Shown here one piece after another: positions 54,994-62,639 of a DNA stretch of 64,000 nucleotides. Position 1 is the first letter of the stretch; every line of letters starts with the position of its first letter. The stretch is taken from positions 1-64,000 of IMG/VR virus record IMGVR_UViG_3300023235_000008; one strand, given 5' to 3'. Both the position numbers and the translations under genes were made by a program. The notes beneath the pieces are model-generated. The model was not told the DNA's origin and ran no database searches. It saw only the letters and a program-made list of their open reading frames with translations.

Positions 54994-55226
54994 TGGACAA
55001 AGACAAAGATAAAGAACAGTTTTGGGACGATTTAAAAGCACCGTTTGCACCAGAAAACTGCGGGTGTGTTAGTTGCGCCCGTCCAAGTGCAGGTATGATG
55101 ATGTCGCCCAACTTTCTGTATGCATGTGAAATCTGCGGCAATAAACGGTGCCCGCATCACACGCATCATGCACGTGCATGTACTAACAGTAATGAACCGG
55201 GACAAAAAGGAAGTATTTACAAATGA
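54990..55226 (+). CDS. KEFW leader fused to a different Cys/His-rich domain
   Basis: [14 protein letters not shown], then [12 protein letters not shown]...[12 protein letters not shown]. Confidence 0.75.
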   Translation: MMDKDKDKEQFWDDLKAPFAPENCGCVSCARPSAGMMMSPNFLYACEICGNKRCPHHTHHARACTNSNEPGQKGSIYK

Positions 55227-55546
55227 TTACAATAACCGAAAATGCTAAAAAGCAGTTTACGACAATGATGGAAGACAATGGATTTGAAGCATTCATTTTC
55301 GGTGCATCTGGTGGTGGATGTGCTGGTTTTAACTATCTTTTAAAAGAAACTAAGTTAGACGATGCCAATGAAGGTGATGAAGTAATCGACTTCGATGGTG
55401 TTAAAATCGTTCTTGATAAGGCTAGCGTATTCGCTGTCGCTGGTACAGAGATTGACTATAAGATTGATGTGATGGGTTCACGCTTTGCGTTTTCAAATCC
55501 TATCGCAACATCATCTTGTGGATGTGCAACGTCATTTAGTATCTGA
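55223..55546 (+). CDS. A-type Fe-S cluster carrier (IscA/ErpA, HesB family)
   Basis: GGGCAGFNY, GTEIDY, F.NP.ATSSCGCATSF. Confidence 0.93.
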   Translation: MITITENAKKQFTTMMEDNGFEAFIFGASGGGCAGFNYLLKETKLDDANEGDEVIDFDGVKIVLDKASVFAVAGTEIDYKIDVMGSRFAFSNPIATSSCGCATSFSI

Positions 55547-56530
55547 CGCTGGTTCCATTAATCCTAGCTGCATATCGATATGCATTACAACTTCATCTCG
55601 CATAATCATTAGCTTGAAATCTTCGTATGGTAACTTGTATTGCAATACGTCGAACAAGTCATCTACGCTTTCGATATTTGCACCATCGGCTTCAATAATA
55701 ACATCGCCTATTTTAACGCCAGCCGTTTCAGCAGCTGAACTAGGTTCAACCATATTGACAAACACCCTACCCAGCGCAGGATTATAGTCAAGTCCTGTGC
55801 CTATCCTTGGTCTATCGATACGTCCATTCTCAATCAACTTCTTAATGACATACAGCGCCAACTTGCTATCCACACTCATGCTCAACCCGTCGCTACCGCC
55901 GTCTTTCGATAGGATTAATGTATTGATAGCGATAACATTACCTGCCATATCCATTAATGGTCCACCGCTATTTCCTTGGTTAATAGACACGTCGCTTTGA
56001 ACTACTGTCTGCCAACCGCTTGATATACGACGATGAATATGACTAACTACGCCTTTTGACACTGTATACATTAATCCACGTGGATGACCCATCGCCCATA
56101 CTTCTTGTCCAGCACGTAGTTTATCACTATCGCCCCATTTCATTGGTATGGTTTTTGGCATACCCTTTTCAACACGCAATACTGCAATATCAGATAGTGC
56201 ATCAGTGCCAATCAATTTTGCTATATGTCGTTTTGTGGAATTTTCAAAACTTATTGTAATGACTTTAGCTTTATCAATCACGTGGTTATTTGTGATGATA
56301 TATTGCCCGTCAATGACGAATCCTGTGCCTACACTGACCGGTTCTCGGTTTGGTTTGTTTTTATTTAGGTATTTGTCCAACGCTGAACCGGGTATTACGC
56401 CTTCTCTCTTGGATTCAACCAAGACGATTGAACTTCTTACATTTTCAACCGTATCCAAAAATTCCTCGTTGCTATGTGCAAATGACTGGAATGGTAGCAA
56501 TAAAATTGCCATTATGATTAATATACGCAT
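55532..56530 (-). CDS. HtrA/DegP-family serine protease with PDZ domain
   Basis: Signal peptide; GTGFV, ITNNHV, DIAVL, INQGNSGGPL; C-terminal PDZ. Confidence 0.93.
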   Translation of the reverse strand: MRILIIMAILLLPFQSFAHSNEEFLDTVENVRSSIVLVESKREGVIPGSALDKYLNKNKPNREPVSVGTGFVIDGQYIITNNHVIDKAKVITISFENSTKRHIAKLIGTDALSDIAVLRVEKGMPKTIPMKWGDSDKLRAGQEVWAMGHPRGLMYTVSKGVVSHIHRRISSGWQTVVQSDVSINQGNSGGPLMDMAGNVIAINTLILSKDGGSDGLSMSVDSKLALYVIKKLIENGRIDRPRIGTGLDYNPALGRVFVNMVEPSSAAETAGVKIGDVIIEADGANIESVDDLFDVLQYKLPYEDFKLMIMRDEVVMHIDMQLGLMEPASDTK

Positions 56531-56578
56531 ATTATATTTATCACGGAAAAAGATAAATACTAGAAACAGGAGTCTCAC

Positions 56579-57106
56579 ATGGCTAAACAAACTATTGGTA
56601 TCGGCGCAGCAGCAAATGACGGAACGGGCGATGATCTTCGTGTTGCGTTTGATAAAGTAAACGACAACTTTTCGGAAATCTATACCGAGTTAGGCGGCAC
56701 AACGCTTAGTAACCTCAACTTTATAGGTAATACTATTTCTTCAGAAGATTCAAATGGAGCTATTATTCTTGATCCAAACGGAACGGGCAATGTGACTATT
56801 GCCAGCGGTAGTTTGGTTGGTAATGTGACTGGTGCCCTAACTGGTAATGCGGATACGGCAACAACAGCGGCAACAGTAACAACTGCCGCTCAACCAACAA
56901 TCACATCCGTGGGAACATTATCCTCACTTAATATCGGCGCAGACAGATATAATATTTCAACCACATACACCCCAGCATCATCAGTGGGAAGTCCCGGCGA
57001 CACAACAGGCGACGTTGCAGTAGACAATAGTTTCTTCTATTATTGCACGGGTGTATATGATGGTTCGACCGTGATTTGGGTTCGTTCTACGCTGTCCGCT
57101 TTCTAA
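56579..57106 (+). CDS. Virion structural protein (tail/baseplate-associated)
   Basis: MAKQTIGIG..ANDGTGD.LR.AF.K.N.NF.E.Y; C-terminal G..GD.A.D....YYCT..YDG...IW; late promoter. Confidence 0.8.
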   Translation: MAKQTIGIGAAANDGTGDDLRVAFDKVNDNFSEIYTELGGTTLSNLNFIGNTISSEDSNGAIILDPNGTGNVTIASGSLVGNVTGALTGNADTATTAATVTTAAQPTITSVGTLSSLNIGADRYNISTTYTPASSVGSPGDTTGDVAVDNSFFYYCTGVYDGSTVIWVRSTLSAF

Positions 57107-57139
57107 GTAAAACTGATAAATACCCTAAAGGGGATATAA

Positions 57140-59566
57140 ATGGGAATTCCAGTATGGGTAACACCAGCAGGTGATTTAGGAAAAATTCAGGAAGCTGAGT
57201 TTTATGACTTTCAGGTTATTGTAGAAGACCCTGAAGCCCCTAGCGACGAATTGCAACCAAGATTTAACTTACAATCAGGAACAATGCCAACTGGTCTACG
57301 TATTACACGAGAAGGTCTGATGGAAGGGCGTCCAAGTTGTGAAATCTTTATTGCAGGTGTTCCTACAAACGTTGGTCAAAATGTAACATCTAGATTTGTC
57401 CTACGTGCGACAAGTTATGATGGTATCGTGAGTGACCGCACATTTGAATTGACTGTTGTGGGACAAGATGACCCCCTTATTCTTACAGCTGACGGAGAAC
57501 TTGGTATATACCGTGATGGGCAATATGTAAATGAACAGATTGTTGCCACCGATGCTGATCCCGACGATACACTTACTTTTAGAATTTTAGATGGTGAATT
57601 ACCACCGGGCGTAACGATTAGTAATGATGGTTATATTACTGGATACATCGAACCTACGCCATTGCTTACGGGAACACCGGGGTTTGATGCCAACGCATTT
57701 GATGTGAATAGCTTTGATTTCCGCACGATTGCGCAAAATAAAAACTTTCAATTCACAGTTGCAGTGACAGATGGTAAATCAACAGTTGCTGGAAATTATA
57801 CAATATACGTGTATGCTGGCAATACATTTACCGCCGACAACGCTGATCTTACCGCAGATATGGCAGGATTTCCGTTTACTACTGACCAAAATTCGCTTCG
57901 TCCACCAGTATTATTAACGGCTGAAGCAGATATTGGAATAGTCACACACGACAACTATTTCGCATACCAATTCACTGGAATGGATTTCGATGGCGATCCA
58001 ATCGAATATAGTCTAGGTGTAGGTGGTGGCGAAGGTTACGATAACGATTTAGGATTCGACGGCGAAATAAACGGATTTGATGTTGGCGATCTTGAACTGC
58101 CGCCGGGTCTTGTTTTGGATTCAACAACAGGTTGGTTATATGGCTATATACCAAATCTAGCAGCAACGCAAACCGAATATACATTCACCGTGCGTGTTCT
58201 TAAAGCAAATGATTCAACATATAAAAGCGATTTTAAATTCTTCACGATGACAATTGTTGGCGATATTCGTTCGATAGTTAACTGGATTACGCCCGAAGAT
58301 ATAGGCACCATTGCCGTGGGTGAAATCAGCACTATTTCTATAGAAGCTACCAATACCTTAAATAAAAATTTACAGTATCGCTTGAAATCAAGATCAAATA
58401 GTAAGTTGCCACAAGGATTAAACCTTAACTTGGATGGACTTATTGTCGGACGACCAGCATTTAAAACGTTTATGATAGATGGCGGAACAACATCATTTGA
58501 TTCCGAGAGCTTCGTTATTAATGAAACCACGTTTGAACGCACATATACATTTACAGTAGAAGCTTTTGATTCCGATGGCGATGTATCTGCTTTTAAAACG
58601 TTTACCATAGTTATTGATCCCGGCGATTTTATTCCGTATGAAAATCTGTGGGCAAAAGCATATCCAAAGGTAGAGCAACGTGACATATGGTCTTCTCTTA
58701 TTAACTCACCCGATGACTTTCCACCAGATTTGATCTATCGCCAGAATGATTATTATTATGGAAAACAGCAGGATATAAGAATCATTCTTAGTACGGGATT
58801 AAACCCTAGTCTTCCTGCTGAAATGATATCGGCAATCGCTAAAAACCATTACAATAAACGTGTTGCATTTGGAGAAATTAAAAAGGCACGAGCAGTTCGT
58901 GACGGCGTGGTTCAGTATGAAGTTGTATATCTTGATGTATTGGATACCGAAGCAAACTCATTAAAACAATCAACAGGATTGAGTATTGATTTTTATGAAA
59001 ACCATAACGATATATGGAGTAATCCTGCGTTAGTATCTGACACAAACCTTACAGGAGACTACGATGGCATTGACGCTGGTGATAGTGATCAACACGTATT
59101 CTATCCAAACTCCTTTGAGAATATGAACCAACAACTATTGGATAACGTAGGGCAACTTGCACTGACTAGTCTTCCACTATGGATGCGTTCTAAACAAGAA
59201 AATGGAAGCATACTTGGATTCACTCCTGCCGTTGTTATTGCATACGTTACACCGGGTTCGGCAGATGAAATCATTTTCAATATTAAACGTCGCACCGATA
59301 TTGACTTGAAAGATATTGAATTTATTATTGACAGATATATCTGGGATAATGATATGACTGTGAACTTTGATATCGCTAATGATGAGTGGGGAACAGAAAC
59401 AGAGACTACGTTTGATCTAAGTGTCAATGCTGCGGATGAAACCTTCTTCGATGGCGGGTCTACACGATTTATAACCGATTCATTCTTGTATAAATCCAGT
59501 CGTGATGATGGCGATTCTTTCTTGAAATTCCCATTGACAAATATTGATAGTAAAATACTAGGTTAA
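57140..59566 (+). CDS. Virion structural protein with putative Ig/cadherin-like repeats
   Basis: Repeated G.LP.G...GLI.G and FTV.V.D modules; late promoter GATAAATA. Confidence 0.85.
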   Translation: MGIPVWVTPAGDLGKIQEAEFYDFQVIVEDPEAPSDELQPRFNLQSGTMPTGLRITREGLMEGRPSCEIFIAGVPTNVGQNVTSRFVLRATSYDGIVSDRTFELTVVGQDDPLILTADGELGIYRDGQYVNEQIVATDADPDDTLTFRILDGELPPGVTISNDGYITGYIEPTPLLTGTPGFDANAFDVNSFDFRTIAQNKNFQFTVAVTDGKSTVAGNYTIYVYAGNTFTADNADLTADMAGFPFTTDQNSLRPPVLLTAEADIGIVTHDNYFAYQFTGMDFDGDPIEYSLGVGGGEGYDNDLGFDGEINGFDVGDLELPPGLVLDSTTGWLYGYIPNLAATQTEYTFTVRVLKANDSTYKSDFKFFTMTIVGDIRSIVNWITPEDIGTIAVGEISTISIEATNTLNKNLQYRLKSRSNSKLPQGLNLNLDGLIVGRPAFKTFMIDGGTTSFDSESFVINETTFERTYTFTVEAFDSDGDVSAFKTFTIVIDPGDFIPYENLWAKAYPKVEQRDIWSSLINSPDDFPPDLIYRQNDYYYGKQQDIRIILSTGLNPSLPAEMISAIAKNHYNKRVAFGEIKKARAVRDGVVQYEVVYLDVLDTEANSLKQSTGLSIDFYENHNDIWSNPALVSDTNLTGDYDGIDAGDSDQHVFYPNSFENMNQQLLDNVGQLALTSLPLWMRSKQENGSILGFTPAVVIAYVTPGSADEIIFNIKRRTDIDLKDIEFIIDRYIWDNDMTVNFDIANDEWGTETETTFDLSVNAADETFFDGGSTRFITDSFLYKSSRDDGDSFLKFPLTNIDSKILG

Positions 59567-60237
59567 ATGGATGCTAACCATTTCGTAGCGACAGGATTAT
59601 GCACTGGCGTTTCAGTCCATTGTTTGATAGGCTTCCACATAGTATCGGTAAGCTCTTGACTACGTTCTGGTGTCATCAACGATGAATTATTAACACTGTA
59701 AAAATCCTCATTGCCGAACAACGTCTGGAAGGTTGCTTTGTTTTTCTGGGTGCTAGTCCACGCATCAGTTACAATATCTACCGGAACACGACGATTGCGC
59801 TGGTCATTTCGATCCAATGCTACCTGAAGGTCAGTATTAACAAAAATCATCTTTGTTTCATAGCCCAACGCTTCTAGACGATCTTTAATCTGCGTCGATT
59901 TAGTGATATCGGCAGCTGTGCTATCAATAATCAACCCAAGGCGACCTTCAATGTAGTTACCAAGGCGATTTGCAGTGATGTCTTGTGCTTGCTTACGAAC
60001 AGCATCCCGTTTTTCTGTTTCTTCAGGAGGCATACGTAAACTTAGATTGTTCTTACGCATAAGATATTCAAATACATCATCGCTATTAACTGTTTTAAAT
60101 CCCATTCCCTGTGTGGTTTGGCGGGCAATCATACCTTTTCCTGAACCACCACCGCCAGCAAGGAATATAGCCTTGAAGATGCTCGGATCGTGTGGTCCTT
60201 CGGTTATAATAGTTTCAATGATTTGATTAATTCGCAT
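59563..60237 (-). CDS. P-loop kinase (zeta-toxin/AAA_33-like)
   Basis: KAIFLAGGGGSGK, VNSDD.FE, GLIIDST, LGYETKMIFVNT...R.VP. Confidence 0.85.
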   Translation of the reverse strand: MRINQIIETIITEGPHDPSIFKAIFLAGGGGSGKGMIARQTTQGMGFKTVNSDDVFEYLMRKNNLSLRMPPEETEKRDAVRKQAQDITANRLGNYIEGRLGLIIDSTAADITKSTQIKDRLEALGYETKMIFVNTDLQVALDRNDQRNRRVPVDIVTDAWTSTQKNKATFQTLFGNEDFYSVNNSSLMTPERSQELTDTMWKPIKQWTETPVHNPVATKWLASI

Positions 60238-60268
60238 AAGTGTTTCCTTATTTGAAGTATTTATCAAC

Positions 60269-60336
60269 ATAAATAGAATGTAAGCCACGATGCGACAACA
60301 TCCGCTTACTCTAATACTGAAAAGGAGTATCAGCAA
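60269..60336 (+). ncRNA. Structured late-promoter/hairpin leader of the HNH gene
   Basis: ATAAATA + GTAAGC-cac-GATG-loop-CATC-c-GCTTAC + TACT/AGTA SD hairpin; paralog of 38851-38918. Confidence 0.75.
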
Positions 60337-60627
60337 ATGTATTTACCCGAAGAAGAAAAGAAAAAAGAAAAACTTGCTGCGTATAAGCGAGAATATCGTA
60401 AAGCCAATAAAGAAAAACTGGCGGCGCAGGATAAGATACGCTATGAAAACAATAAAGAGGAAATAGCAATACGAGGTAAGCAATACCGAGAAAATAATAG
60501 AGAAAAGATTTTAGAACAAAAACACCATGTTGATCATATAATCCCATTACAGGGCGAAACAGTTTGTGGATTGCATGTGCCGTGGAATTTACAAATGATA
60601 ATATTGCCAAAGGCAATAAATTGCTAA
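60337..60627 (+). pseudogene. Internally deleted HNH homing endonuclease
   Basis: Charged N-terminal repeats joined directly to [21 protein letters not shown]; the usual intervening segment and terminal N..K motif appear missing. Confidence 0.65.
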
Positions 60628-60665
60628 ATACATGTATAAATACTACAAATGGAGATATATAAAAA

Positions 60666-61394
60666 ATGGCAAGTAACATAAATCCGAACAATATAGACGG
60701 AACTTTCCCAGTTGCCGGACAAGATAATTCATCACAGGGGTTTAGAGATAACGCAACCAATACTAAGAACAACTTTACTGAAGCAAAAACTGAGATTGAA
60801 GACCTTCAAAGTAAGGTAATGCTAAAATCGGCATTGGATGGCACAACGATTGATAACGCTGGTGGCGGTGCGCTTCTTAAAGACTTTGAAATCCGTGACT
60901 TCTCGGAGACACGTCTTGCTAAAGGTTCAACAAGCGGAACGGTTACATTCAACTACACTGAGGGTGGATATCAAACGGTATCATCGAGTGGTTCATTATC
61001 ATTTGCATTTTCAAACTTTCCTGCATCTGGTAAACTTGGACGTATGCGTGTTGAAGTTTCTATCTCTAGCATTGCCCATACGGTTACATTACCGGCTACT
61101 GTTACTGTAGGCACCGCATACATTCAGGGATATGCATCGAATATTATTACGTTTGATGCAACTGGAACATATATTCTAGAATTTACAACCCATGACAGTG
61201 GAGCAGTCATTGCTATCCAAGACTTAACCCGATCTTCGGGTGATCAGGTTGCTCAACGCACACCAGTAAACGTTGGTGTAGCAGGCGACGTTGCAGGCAA
61301 GATTGCCGCAGATGCATCATACGTATATGTATGCACTGGAACATATGATGGTTCGACAGTTATTTGGAAACGTGCTGCGATTAGTGCATACTAA
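60666..61394 (+). CDS. Virion structural protein
   Basis: MASNINP.NID.TFPVAGQDN.SQGFRDN; C-terminus paralogous to the 56579 protein; TATAAATA promoter. Confidence 0.85.
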   Translation: MASNINPNNIDGTFPVAGQDNSSQGFRDNATNTKNNFTEAKTEIEDLQSKVMLKSALDGTTIDNAGGGALLKDFEIRDFSETRLAKGSTSGTVTFNYTEGGYQTVSSSGSLSFAFSNFPASGKLGRMRVEVSISSIAHTVTLPATVTVGTAYIQGYASNIITFDATGTYILEFTTHDSGAVIAIQDLTRSSGDQVAQRTPVNVGVAGDVAGKIAADASYVYVCTGTYDGSTVIWKRAAISAY

Positions 61395-61404
61395 GGACTG
61401 AAAA

Positions 61405-62639
61405 ATGTCCAAGGTTCTAGAAGAAGCATACACCTATAGTTATCTACGAGAGACTGAACGTGGTATTGCATTCTATGGAAGTAGTAAGGCACAAGTTCCG
61501 TATCTTATAGTTTTCAACGATGACTGGTACAATTCCAGCACCGTAGAATCGGGCACATTTACCGCTGTTATTTTCAAACCAAAGAAAACCCTTGAACTTT
61601 TATTTTCAAACCAAAGAAAACCCTTGAACTTTTAAAGGTATATCAGCGCCGTGGTAACGATTATGATAGGTCAACCCTCATTAACGTGATTAAGCTTGAA
61701 GACGATCCGTATGCATTGCATTCGATTGATGAAACGGGTTTCTACAAAACAAAAGAGTTAACAAGTCGTGTAGAACTTTTTAAGTATCTCACTGTTGACC
61801 TTAGTATGCCATCCGAGACTTTTGAGCGTTATCTGGGTGATGCACCGACTGACTTTGATGACAATGACTACGTTGCATATCACGATGCCAGAGTATTCTT
61901 TCCTGATAATATCAGAGAATCCGTAAAGAAAAATATGTTATCATTGCTTGATGTCTTTGAAAACCTATTAGATGCAAAAAAACTAAACTTTCTTATTGAT
62001 GATAGTGACATTCGTTTTAGCAAACTTCCCGGCAAAACAATCGGGACATATAATAAGTCTTCCCGTAATATTATCATCCAATATTCTGCTAAGAAAACAC
62101 AGGAAGTAATCTATACAATCATTCACGAATATGGGCATAAATTCTGGTATGAGTATATGACCGATAAACATCATACCCATATCAAAAATATGTTTGAAAA
62201 GATTAAAGGCGTTGAAAAATATAGCAATATTCACCAAAGCACACGTGATGAGTATATGGCAGGTATTATTCCACAACTTAAAGTAGGTCAAGAAGTGCAT
62301 TATCTTGGCAGGAAACGAACATATAAGAGCAACTCCCCGTTTACTATTACAGCCGTATCTTCTGAACAGCTAGTTCTTAATGCTTTACACGGCGGCACAT
62401 TAACGGGAACACCAGCGTTTATTCTTGGTGGAAAATGGAAAATAGAAGGTGTTGATATGAGTCCACCGAAAACCACTGACTACATCAATAAATCAGATTG
62501 GTTTCCGACTAGTTATTCTCAGAAAGATCACGAAGAATGGTTCTGTGAAATATTTTCATTCTATGTAAATAACTCATTGGATGGTAAACCAAAAGAATGG
62601 ATGGAAGGTCTTTTGACCCTTGGAGCAAAAAATGCGTGA
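61405..62639 (+). pseudogene. HExxH metallopeptidase-like (zincin) gene split by a 32-bp duplication
   Basis: ORFs 61405 and 61686 fuse in frame (400 aa) if one copy is removed; IIHEYGHKFW ... TSYS.KD.EEWFCE.FS. Confidence 0.75.
61568..61631 (+). repeat. Exact 32-bp tandem duplication
   Basis: TTATTTTCAAACCAAAGAAAACCCTTGAACTT occurs twice. Confidence 0.95.

Noticed and set aside
1110-55226. Cassettes as classical IS/MITE or integron cassettes
   Set aside because: The ends are not inverted repeats of each other, there are no attC-like palindromes with GTTRRRY cores, and no transposase or integrase is present. Mobility remains an inference with unknown mechanism.
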